From: Verrucomicrobiota bacterium
GTDB taxonomy: Bacteria > Verrucomicrobiota > Verrucomicrobiia > Limisphaerales > VHCN01
Assembly: GCA_016871675.1 (NCBI GenBank)
Contig: VHCN01000007.1
Location: forward strand, 19,126 to 83,125
Direction: 5' to 3'
Length of the DNA: 64,000 bases
Part shown: positions 42,014-50,871 of the stretch, one piece after another
Position numbering within the stretch: position 1 is the stretch's first letter
How the letters are laid out: every line of letters begins with the position of its first letter
The notes under the pieces: generated by a model
What the model was told of the DNA's origin: nothing
Database searches by the model: none
Seen by the model: the letters and a program-made list of their open reading frames with translations, nothing else
Program-made: the position numbers and the translations under genes

Positions 42014-43464
42014 TGCATCACTGCCACCGCTACCTCCGAACTCCGCTGTCAAGACGCGAGATGCTCGCGCAGTGCGCGAATGGCTTTGGCGCGCTCGCGT
42101 TCACCGCGCTCCTGGCCGAAACCGCGCGCGGCGGCGCGGATTTGACCAGCCTTCCGTCCACCGCGCCGAGCGGAGCGCCCGGGCCGCGCCGTCCGCACTT
42201 TCCGGCGCGCGCGCGGAGCGTGATCTTCCTTTACATGGACGGGGGGCCGTCGCAGGTGGAGACCTTTGACCCGAAGCCGAGGCTCACGAAGGAGGACGGC
42301 CAGCCTTTCGGGATGAAGATGGAGCCGACGCAGTTCAACAACAACGGCACCACGCTCGGCTCGCTGTGGGCATTCCAGCAGCATGGCCGCAGCGGCATTC
42401 CGGTCAGCAGTCTGTTTCCGCACGTCGCGCAATGCGTGGACGAGCTCGCGGTGGTCCGCTCGATGACGAGCAACTTTTCGGAGCACACGAACGCGAATTA
42501 CTTTCTCCACACGGGCAGCGGCCTGCAGGGCCGGCCGAGCATGGGCGCGTGGGTCGGCTACGGGTTGGGCACGGAAAGCGCCGACCTGCCGGGCTTCGTC
42601 GTGCTCAACGGCGGGCTCATCCCTCCGGGCGGCCTCGACAACTTCAACAGCGGATTCCTGCCCGCGTCGTTCCAAGGGTCGGTGTTCAAGGCCGGGGAGA
42701 ATCCCGTCGCGAACATCCGCCCGACCGAGCCGGGCGCGACGTTGCAGCAGAACAAACTCTCGTTGCTCAACCGCCTCGACCGCGCGCTCGTCGCGCGAAC
42801 GGGGAGGCACGACGCGCTCGAAAGCGCCATCGCAAACTATGAACTTGCCGGACGCATGCAGACCGCCGTGCCCGCCCTCATGGAATTGCGTGGCGAGAGC
42901 GACGCGACGCGCGAACTTTACGGCCTCACCTCGCGCGTGGAGCAGACCCGCACGTTCGGCGCGCAATGCCTGCTTGCGCGGCGGATGGTCGAGCGCGGCG
43001 TGCGCTTCATCGAACTCACGTGTCCGAACGGGGCGGGCGACCGATGGGACCAGCACGGTGACTTGAAGAACGGCCACGAAAAGAACGCGCTGTTCGTCGA
43101 TCAGGGGATCGCCGGGCTTTTGAAGGATTTGAAATCATGCGGCCTGCTTGACTCGACGCTAGTCGTGTGGGCGGGCGAGTTTGGTCGCACGCCCTTCGCA
43201 CAGGGCAAGAACGGGCGCGACCACAATCCCTACGGCTTCACCATCTGGCTCGCGGGCGGCGGGATCAAGGGCGGCACCATCCACGGCGCGACGGATGACT
43301 ACGGCTACAAGGCCGTCGAAAACCGCGTGGCCATCCACGACCTGCACGCGACGATGCTGCACCTGCTCGGCCTCGATCACACTCGCGTGACCTTCCGTTT
43401 CAGCGGGCGAGACATGCGGTTGACGGACGTGCACGGCGAGGTGGTGCGGGAAATCCTCGCGTAG
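42013..43464 (+). CDS. DUF1501 (sulfatase/alkaline-phosphatase-like) protein, Tat-type signal
   Basis: The start ATG overlaps the upstream TGA (TGATG, 42011-42015). Contains LSRREMLAQCANGFGALAF, SVIFLYMDGGPSQVETFDPKP and GRDHNPYGFTIWLAGGG, typical of DUF1501. Confidence 0.88.
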   Translation: MHHCHRYLRTPLSRREMLAQCANGFGALAFTALLAETARGGADLTSLPSTAPSGAPGPRRPHFPARARSVIFLYMDGGPSQVETFDPKPRLTKEDGQPFGMKMEPTQFNNNGTTLGSLWAFQQHGRSGIPVSSLFPHVAQCVDELAVVRSMTSNFSEHTNANYFLHTGSGLQGRPSMGAWVGYGLGTESADLPGFVVLNGGLIPPGGLDNFNSGFLPASFQGSVFKAGENPVANIRPTEPGATLQQNKLSLLNRLDRALVARTGRHDALESAIANYELAGRMQTAVPALMELRGESDATRELYGLTSRVEQTRTFGAQCLLARRMVERGVRFIELTCPNGAGDRWDQHGDLKNGHEKNALFVDQGIAGLLKDLKSCGLLDSTLVVWAGEFGRTPFAQGKNGRDHNPYGFTIWLAGGGIKGGTIHGATDDYGYKAVENRVAIHDLHATMLHLLGLDHTRVTFRFSGRDMRLTDVHGEVVREILA

Positions 43465-43474
43465 CGGCTGGCCA

Positions 43475-44487
43475 CTAGAATTTCCGCTTCGGAATCTCGA
43501 GCACCGTCGGACGCGGCTCCATTTTGCGAGGCGGTTCTGTGGAGGGAGGATTCTGGGCGGGTGCGACCGGATTCAATCGCGGGTCGAATGCGGCCGCACC
43601 GCCGAGCCTTGCACTGTCCATGAATCCGCTCTTCGTCGCGCCGGGGACAAATGCCCCGGGCGCTTGCAGGTAAGCGCGCGGCGGCGCGCCCGCGCCGGCG
43701 TTCCAGTCGCGAGTCGTTGCGGTTCCCGCCGCGGGAAAACCCGCCCCCATCCCGGTCGTGCCGATGATCGATCCGCCGACGGCGCGCTGAAAGGCCGCCG
43801 AGTCAGCCTCCACGGCCTGCGACCTGAGCCGCTCGCGCGCCGGGTCAAGCGGGACGCGCCCCGTGAATTCGAACCCGCGCATGTCCGCCGGACCGGTGCG
43901 GCCCGCGTCGCGCGCGGGATTGGCCGGCGAACTGGCGTCGAGCGCCCCGTTGATCGCATTTCCGCTGACGCCGCCTTCGCGCGGGCCCTCGGGCCGGAGC
44001 GTGGCACGCGCCGTGCCTTCGCGTCTGGCGCGCGGTTCGCCCGGGACTGAATCGTCGTCGCCTTTCGGATTCCCATCCTCCACGAAACGCTCGATGGCCG
44101 TCTTCCGGCGCGGGTCGGCCTCGCGCTCGTCATCGGCTCGGGACGTCTTCACGGCGTCCTTGATCGACGCAGCGTTGGGATTTCGGAACATCCAATCGCG
44201 CCGCTCGTCGAGTTCCTCCTGCTGCCGGCGCGTGAGCCGAGGCTTGGGCGCCTGGGGCGCGACGGCGATGGTGAGCGAATCGGCCGGAGAATCGCCCGGT
44301 AGCTTCGGCGTGTGCAGCCCGCGCTCCATCAGCGATTCTTTGCGGTTCAAGTCCACCGCGGGTTTCGAAGTCTCCCGTCCCGAGAAAATGATCTTCTCAC
44401 CCGCGTAGCTGGCGTCTCCCGCCGCCGCGAGCACGACGACGCCCGCGAGCAATGCGCCGGCGCGCCACGGGCTGGGAATGCAGTTCA
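43475..44487 (-). CDS. Hypothetical secreted low-complexity protein
   Basis: Long GC3-rich ORF. A GTG at 44487 gives the signal-like N-terminus VNCIPSPWRAGALLAGVVVLAAAGDA. The rest is rich in R, D, E, P, G and A, with no recognised domain. The ORF-track start at 44674 would overlap the divergent oxidoreductase gene. Confidence 0.45.
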
Positions 44488-44663
44488 CGCGGTTTCTATA
44501 GCGCCTTGCGCGCTCCAAGTCAAAGCCGCGCGCTGCGGACTTGTGCGGTGCGCCTTCCCCTCGCCGCGCGTAGCGGCCCGGACGCACAGTTTGCTCGACA
44601 CCCACGCGTTCGACGGTGTTAACCTCCGCCCATCCGCACGTTGTCCGCCAACACCCACCACTC

Positions 44664-45950
44664 ATGAAACACATTCACCGCACCGGTCGCCGCCACTTCC
44701 TCGCCTCCGCGCTCGCTGCATGCGCCGCGCCGCTCATCCTGCCCGCGCGCGTGTGGGCGCAGGCGCCGTCGAAGCGACTCGCGCTCGGCCTCATCGGCAT
44801 GGGCATGATGAATCGCGGCCACCTCGGCGGTTTCCTCAACATGCCCGATGTCCAGGTGGTCGCCCTGTGCGACGTCCACAAGATCCGCCTCGACGACTCG
44901 GTTGAGCGCGTCCACAAGGCCTACGCCAAGGAGCGCGACTCCGGCGCCTACAAAGGCTGCGCCGCGCTCGGCGACTTCCGCGAACTCATCGCCCGCCGCG
45001 ACATGGATGCCGTGTGCATCGCCACGCCCGACCATTGGCACGCCATCCCCGCCATCCTTGCGGCGCGCGCGAAGAAGGACGTCTATTGCGAGAAGCCACT
45101 GTCTCTGACCATCGCCGAATCGCGCGCCATGGTGAAAGCCGCGCGCGAGAACAACATCGTTTTCCAGACCGGCAGCCAGCAGCGCACCGAGTTCAACGGT
45201 TACTTCCGCAAGGCCGTCGAATACGTCCGCTCCGGCCGCATCGGCAAGGTGAAGACGGTGCGCGTCGGTGTCGGCGGACCCGCCAAGCCGTGCGACCTTG
45301 CCAACGAGGCGACACCCGACGGCGTGAACTGGGAGCTTTGGAACGGCCCCTCGCCCGCGCGAGCCTTCAGCCACGTCCTCTGCCCGCTCGACATCCACAA
45401 GCACTTCCCCGCGTGGCGCAGCTACCGCGAATACGCGGGCGGCGGCCTCGCCGACATGGGCGCGCATCACTTCGACATCGCCCAATGGGCGCTTGGCATG
45501 GACGACACCGGCCCCGTGGAAATCCACCCGCCCGAGAAGGGAGACACCGGTCTGCGCTTCGTGTATGCGAACGGCATCGAAATGTTCCACGGCGGGCCCA
45601 GCGGCACCACGTTTGAAGGCACCGACGGCGTGATCTACGTGGACCGCAAGGGAATCGAGTCCACGCCGAAAAGCATCCTCGAAACGCCGCTCGGCGAGAA
45701 AGACCACCGGCTTCCGGCCATTGCAAAGAGCCACAAGCAGAACTGGGTGGACTGCATCAAAACCCGGCAACGACCCGTGGCCGACGTGGAGGCTGGCGCG
45801 CGCACCGCGCAGGTCTGCCAGCTCGGCAACATCGGCTATTGGCTCCGCCGCCCGCTGAAGTGGGACCCCGCGAAGGAAGCGTTCATGAACGACGCCGAGG
45901 CCAACAAACTCCGCAGCCGCGAGAATCGCGCGCCGTGGAGCCGGGTGTGA
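44664..45950 (+). CDS. Tat-exported Gfo/Idh/MocA-family oxidoreductase
   Basis: MKHIHRTGRRHFLASALAACAAPLILPA (twin-Arg signal). This is followed by LGLIGMGMMNRGHLGGF (Rossmann) and EKPLSLT, the Gfo/Idh/MocA signature. Confidence 0.85.
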   Translation: MKHIHRTGRRHFLASALAACAAPLILPARVWAQAPSKRLALGLIGMGMMNRGHLGGFLNMPDVQVVALCDVHKIRLDDSVERVHKAYAKERDSGAYKGCAALGDFRELIARRDMDAVCIATPDHWHAIPAILAARAKKDVYCEKPLSLTIAESRAMVKAARENNIVFQTGSQQRTEFNGYFRKAVEYVRSGRIGKVKTVRVGVGGPAKPCDLANEATPDGVNWELWNGPSPARAFSHVLCPLDIHKHFPAWRSYREYAGGGLADMGAHHFDIAQWALGMDDTGPVEIHPPEKGDTGLRFVYANGIEMFHGGPSGTTFEGTDGVIYVDRKGIESTPKSILETPLGEKDHRLPAIAKSHKQNWVDCIKTRQRPVADVEAGARTAQVCQLGNIGYWLRRPLKWDPAKEAFMNDAEANKLRSRENRAPWSRV

Positions 45951-45978
45951 CCGCCGGCGGCGCCCGATGGCGCGTCGC

Positions 45979-46477
45979 CTATGGGACAAACGCGAGCAAT
46001 CCGTCAAGTCGGCCGTGGACGACGCGCTTGGCGGCTCTCGCGACGCGCTCGTCCTTGGGCTGGAAGGCAACGGACATGCCGGCGGCTCGCAACATGCCGG
46101 TGTCGTTAAGCCCATCCCCCACCGCGAGGACCTGGGTGCGCTTCAAACCCATCTGGCGGACAAGGTATTTGAGGACGTGGAGCTTGTCGTAGGCGCGACG
46201 GCCCGTGCGCAGGCGCGGGAACATGAGCGAGGCGAGGGTGACGCGGCCCGAGGCGCGCTCGTTGTCAAAACGCATGAGGTTGGCCACGGTGAAGTCGGCA
46301 AAGACGCGCCGACAGAGGGTCTCGGCGGCGACATGGTAGCGTTGCCGGAGGAGGGATTTGCGCGCGGCGATGATGCCGCTGAGCGGCTGGGCGAAGTGCG
46401 TTGCGCGCGAAGGCGACGATCGAGGCGATACGCGCGGACTCGTTCAGGACGGGAATGATGACCGTGACGCGATCGGA
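45979..46477 (-). pseudogene. HAD-superfamily (SerB-like C-terminus) gene, apparently frameshifted or decayed
   Basis: The 3' part (frame ending 45979) encodes ...FDNERASGRVT...DKLHVLKYLVRQMGLKRTQVLAVGDGLNDTGMLRAAGMSVAF..., the HAD motif III/IV region. That frame is closed by a stop at 46444-46446. A different frame upstream encodes DSDRVTVIIPVLNESARIASIVAFAR (46477-46403). Both segments are GC3-rich in their own frame. Confidence 0.45.
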
Positions 46478-46868
46478 GTCCGGAGTGGCGGGCCATGTGT
46501 CGAGCTTGAGGCGCGGCCCGCCGGTGAACCGATACACCGGAGCGGCAGCCCTGGCTGGCACCGGCGATTCGCGACGGCTGCGCCGCACGGCAGTGTGACG
46601 TGCGATCGGGCTTTTCGGCTCGGTTATCCGCTTAGTGTAATGAGGCCTGCAATCGGTGAGCAAGCGACGTCTTCAGGACTTGGACTGGACATGGAGGAGC
46701 TGGGCGATTGCAAGGACACGGGCGCGGTGTGGCCCAACAGCCCGCGCACATAGCTGTGGATGCGCGTGCGGCAGACTGCCCCGTGGATTCGAATCCGGGA
46801 CGGACGGGGCTACGCTCAACTTCCTTGCACCTTGCGCCCGCGACGAGTCACTCTGATTGCACCCGGCC

Positions 46869-49739
46869 ATGAGCGATTCCACGGCACCAGAGATTTCGCC
46901 GGTGGCTGCATTCCCCGCGGTGCGATTCAAGCGAACGCTCCGCCCGTCGCAGCAGGAGGTCGTCGCGATCGCGCGCCGGCACTTCGCCGAGGGACGCCGG
47001 CATTTGTACATCGTTGCGCCGCCGGGCTCGGGGAAAACCGTCATCGGCCTGTTCCTGTGGGCTGAACTGGCGCGGTGTCCCGCACTCGTGCTCTCGCCAA
47101 ACTCCGCGATTCAGGCGCAGTGGGTCGGCAAGCTCGAGCACTTCGACCTGCCCGACCACGTGGACGCACTCGCCACGACGGGGTCCGAGCCGCCGTTATG
47201 GCTCACGTCGCTGACGTATCAGGCGCTCACGATGCCAGATCGCGGCGGAGAGGACCTCGACGCGCAAGCGCTTGAGTTCTGGCAAAACCGGCTCGTTGCG
47301 AAAGGCGAGGCGAAGGACCCGGTCGAGGCCCGCGTGTGGATCGAGGATCTCGCGCGCCACAACCGCGGCTATTACGACGGGCGCCTCGCGATCTATCGCA
47401 AGGAGGTGCGCGACGCCGCCGCGCTGGCGGGCGATTCACTCAAGGTGCTGCACGCTTCGTCGCTCGCCGCGCTCGGGCGACTCCGTGCGCGCGGGATCGG
47501 GCTGATCATTCTCGACGAGTGCCATCACCTGCTCGGGCACTGGGGCCGCGTGCTCGCGGACGCGCACGAGTTGTTCGAACGGCCGCTTGTCGTGGGCCTC
47601 ACGGCCACGCCGCCCGATCGCGACGGCAAGTTGAAGGAGGACCTCGATCGTTACGACGCCTTCTTCGGCCCGATCGCCTACGAAGTGCCGACGCCCGCCG
47701 TGGTGAAGGACGGTTTTCTCGCGCCCTATCAGGACCTCGTGCAATTCGTGCGGCCATCGCCCGAAGAACTCGCGTTCATCGCGAATGCGAGCGCGCAGTT
47801 TGCCGCGCTGGTGGAGGAGCTTTGCCACGCTCCCGGCGCTTTGAACGAGGCGGGTGCAGGGCAGGGGAGTCCGTCGGCTCCGGATTTGGCAAAGGAGTTC
47901 TCCCAATGCTCAGAGTCTATGGTCGCGTGGGTCACGCGCGTGCTCGCGGAGCGGCGGCTCCCGACCGGCGTGGTGAAAGACTGGCTGTCCTTCGAACGGC
48001 GCGACCCGGTGTTCGCAGACGCGGGGCGGTGGTTTCTTCAGGGGCGCAAGCATCAGCTGCCCGAGGGAGTCCCGCCGCCGCCGGAACTGCCCGCGGACGA
48101 TCCCAACCTCGAACTCACGATCCACGTGCCCGTGCTCGACCGCTACATCCGGCACCGGTTGCGAGGGTCTGCGGACCCGCAGGACCACGCGATTGCGGAG
48201 CGCGCGATTCGACGGCTGCGGCTTTTCGGTGTGCAAGTGACCGAGACGGGAACGCAGGCGTGCGTCTCGCCCGTCGGTCGTGTGATGGCTTACGCGCGCG
48301 GCAAGACCGCCGCCGTGCTGAGCATCCTCAAGGCCGAACGCGCCGCACTCGGCGACCGTATCCGCGCCGTGATCGTGGCGGATTTCGAACGAACGTCGTC
48401 GGTGGACACCGAGGTGAAACACCTGCTCGACGAGGAAGCCGGCGGGGCGGTCGCGGCCTTTCGCGCGCTGCTGGGCGACCCGGAGACGGACGCGCTCGAT
48501 CCGGTGCTCGTCACCGGCTCCACCGTCCTCGTGGACGACGACCTCGCGCCGCGACTCGGCGAGGCGGCAGCCGCGTGGCTTTCCGCCAACCGCCGCGACG
48601 TGAGGTTCGAGTTCGGCGACGAACAGGGCTTCAAGATCATGCGCGGCAGCGGCAGCGACTGGTGCCCGCAAACGTATGTGACGCTGATCACGGAACTGTT
48701 CCAGCGCGGGCTCACGAAGTGCCTCGTCGGGACGCGCGGCCTGCTCGGCGAAGGCTGGGACGCGCACAAGGTCAACGTGCTGATCGACCTCACGACCGTG
48801 ACGACTTCCATGTCGGTGAACCAACTCCGCGGGCGTTCCTTCCGGCTCGACCCGGATGATCCCGCGAAGCTCGCGGACAACTGGGACGTCGTGTGCATCG
48901 CGCCCGAATTCAGCAAGGGGCTCGACGATTACGAACGCTTCATCGGCAAGCATCGCGTGCTGTTCGGCCTCACGGACGACGGCGTGGTGGAGAAAGGCGT
49001 CGGCCACGTGCACGCGGCGTTCACGGAGTTGAAGCCCGAACTGGTCGAGGGATCCATCGGTCCCCTGAACGCGGAGATGCTGAACCGCGTGAACCGGCGC
49101 ACGGAGTTCCGCAAGCTCTGGCGCATCGGCGAGCCGTATCACCCCGAGCCGGTGCGCGCGCTCGAACTGAAACTCGGCGGCGGCGGCGGAGCCATGGGAT
49201 TTCCACCGTTCGCCGGCGCAACGCCGTGGAGTGCGCGATCGCTCGCGCTTGCCGTGGGCGAAGCGGTGCTCGGCGCGCTCGTCGAGAGCGGCTTGCTGAA
49301 ATCCCGCAGGAACATCCACGGCGGGGAACGCACGGGCGGTTACGTCCGGGTCTTTCTTGAGGAGGCGACGGGGGACGAAAGCCGCCTCTTCACCGAAGCC
49401 TTGCACGAAGCCCTCGGCGCGCTTGGTCGGCCGCGCTACGTCATCCCGCGCTCCGTGGACCGCGTGGAGGCCACGTGGCTTTCGCGACTGCTCCCCAAGG
49501 TGATCGGGCAGTATTTCCAATCCCGCCGGCGCGAGTTGATCATGTGGCACGCCGTCCCCTCGGCGCTTGCGAAGCACAGGGACCTTGTGGCGGTGTATCA
49601 GCGTCATTGGAACCTGCGCGTGAGCCCCGGCACGGCCGTCTATGCGCACCAGGGTGAAGGGGAACAACTCGTGGCCGATGCCCGCGCAACCGGGTTGGCG
49701 CCGAGTGCGACGATTCATCCGAAGGAGGTTTTTCTTTGA
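46869..49739 (+). CDS. Superfamily-2 DEAD/DEAH-box (ResIII-type) helicase with large uncharacterised C-terminal region
   Basis: 956 aa from the ATG at 46869. Helicase motifs: I VAPPGSGKT, II LIILDECHHL, III GLTATPP, VI VNQLRGRSFR. There is a ~250-aa insert between the RecA lobes and a ~330-aa C-terminal extension with no family I recognise. Confidence 0.8.
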   Translation: MSDSTAPEISPVAAFPAVRFKRTLRPSQQEVVAIARRHFAEGRRHLYIVAPPGSGKTVIGLFLWAELARCPALVLSPNSAIQAQWVGKLEHFDLPDHVDALATTGSEPPLWLTSLTYQALTMPDRGGEDLDAQALEFWQNRLVAKGEAKDPVEARVWIEDLARHNRGYYDGRLAIYRKEVRDAAALAGDSLKVLHASSLAALGRLRARGIGLIILDECHHLLGHWGRVLADAHELFERPLVVGLTATPPDRDGKLKEDLDRYDAFFGPIAYEVPTPAVVKDGFLAPYQDLVQFVRPSPEELAFIANASAQFAALVEELCHAPGALNEAGAGQGSPSAPDLAKEFSQCSESMVAWVTRVLAERRLPTGVVKDWLSFERRDPVFADAGRWFLQGRKHQLPEGVPPPPELPADDPNLELTIHVPVLDRYIRHRLRGSADPQDHAIAERAIRRLRLFGVQVTETGTQACVSPVGRVMAYARGKTAAVLSILKAERAALGDRIRAVIVADFERTSSVDTEVKHLLDEEAGGAVAAFRALLGDPETDALDPVLVTGSTVLVDDDLAPRLGEAAAAWLSANRRDVRFEFGDEQGFKIMRGSGSDWCPQTYVTLITELFQRGLTKCLVGTRGLLGEGWDAHKVNVLIDLTTVTTSMSVNQLRGRSFRLDPDDPAKLADNWDVVCIAPEFSKGLDDYERFIGKHRVLFGLTDDGVVEKGVGHVHAAFTELKPELVEGSIGPLNAEMLNRVNRRTEFRKLWRIGEPYHPEPVRALELKLGGGGGAMGFPPFAGATPWSARSLALAVGEAVLGALVESGLLKSRRNIHGGERTGGYVRVFLEEATGDESRLFTEALHEALGALGRPRYVIPRSVDRVEATWLSRLLPKVIGQYFQSRRRELIMWHAVPSALAKHRDLVAVYQRHWNLRVSPGTAVYAHQGEGEQLVADARATGLAPSATIHPKEVFL

Positions 49740-49794
49740 GCGGCCAACGCCGCGGGCCTTGATAGGCAGCGCCGCGCACGATACGCTTCGAGCC

Positions 49795-50868
49795 ATGAAG
49801 TCCTCCCTCGCAATCCTCGCGTTCTGCCTCGCGTGTCCCGTGCTGCGCGCGGGCGATGCGCAACGAATCCTGGACGCCTTCAACGCCGCGCGCCCCGCGG
49901 AACGCGAACTCGGCGTGTTCAAGCTCGATTGGGCGGATTCGCTGAAGGATGCAAAGACGCGCGCGACCCGGGAACGGCGCCCCGTGTTCTTCGTCACCAC
50001 CACGCAGCTCAAGGAGGCGGGCAATCTGCGCGACGGCCATTGCTGAGCGAGTTCGATGCATGTGAGGGGGAGTTCCCTCTCCCACCCGGAGGTCGTCGAG
50101 GCGCTGCGCCCGTTCATCGTGACGTTTTGGGGGCAATCGAACAACGAACGGCTGCCCGATGACGTCCTGCCATTGCACCAGGCGTCGGGCGGCGCATCGC
50201 ATTTCGCCACCGGCTCGAACGTGCGCTGCTTCGTGCTGGATGCGGACGGACGGCTCCTGCACTGGTTCAACGGCTTCCCCAACCACACCGGGAACCCCAT
50301 GGGGCGTTCCTCCGATGAATTCGCAGCCTACTACGTCCGCGAAATCAACCGCAGCGGCGCCGGGCGCACAGCCCGCCGCGCCGAAATGCCGTTGAAACTC
50401 CCGGAGGTCGGCAATGGCGTGCGCCTGTTCATCCGGTTCACCGGGCAGCGCGATGCCCACGCTTCACCCGTGGTGGAGGCCGTCGAATCCCTCGACGAGT
50501 GGAAGACGCTCTCGCCACCCACGTCCGCCCGCGAGATTGACGCGGCGAAACTGTCACGCTGGCTGCGGCTTTGTTATCCGGCGGGCGTCAACGAACAACT
50601 CGAGCCCTACACCGGCGTCCACGGCAAACTCACCTTGACCCCCGCGGGCCCGAATCAGGCCGTGCTCGCGGGAAAAGTGCGGATGGATTTGCCGGACAGA
50701 AAATCACCGCCGTTCGACGGGACCTTCCGAGCCGTGCTGACCTACGGCACCGGAGGCGCGGTAAGACTGCGCGGCGTGGTCGAGGGCGGATACCCGCGGT
50801 TCGACTGGAATCAGGTCGCGTGGGCCGACTGGCCCTTGACCGTGGCAATCGAATCGCGGCCGGACTAG
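49795..50868 (+). CDS. Secreted thioredoxin-fold (Thioredoxin_7/DUF255-like layout) protein interrupted by an in-frame TGA at 50044-50046; candidate selenoprotein or pseudogene
   Basis: ORFs 49642..50046 and 50056..50868 are in the same frame. The signal peptide MKSSLAILAFCLACPVLRAG occurs only on the first. The junction reads RPVFFVTTT...DGHC-TGA-ASSMHVRGSSLSHPEVVEALRPFIVTFW, so the TGA sits at the expected redox motif. Confidence 0.5.
50062..50085 (+). promoter_or_regulatory. SECIS-like stem-loop 15 nt downstream of the in-frame UGA
   Basis: GUG A GGGGG [AGUUCC] CUCUC C CAC. This gives 8 base pairs (2 of them G-U) with one A/C mismatch and a 6-nt loop containing GU. The loop G lies 28 nt after the U of UGA. 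Folded by hand. Confidence 0.35.
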
Positions 50869-50871
50869 GGC

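Noticed and set aside
46779-46809. GGATTCGAATCC, which resembles a tRNA T-arm/T-loop; possible tRNA, tmRNA end or integration-site remnant
   Set aside because: I could not build a cloverleaf on either strand. The 5-bp T-stem does not pair (GTGGA against CCGGG), and no D-arm, anticodon arm or matching 5' acceptor strand is present. The motif has an extra A relative to GGTTCGAATCC. No integrase is nearby. It is kept only as a structured palindrome under the helicase finding.
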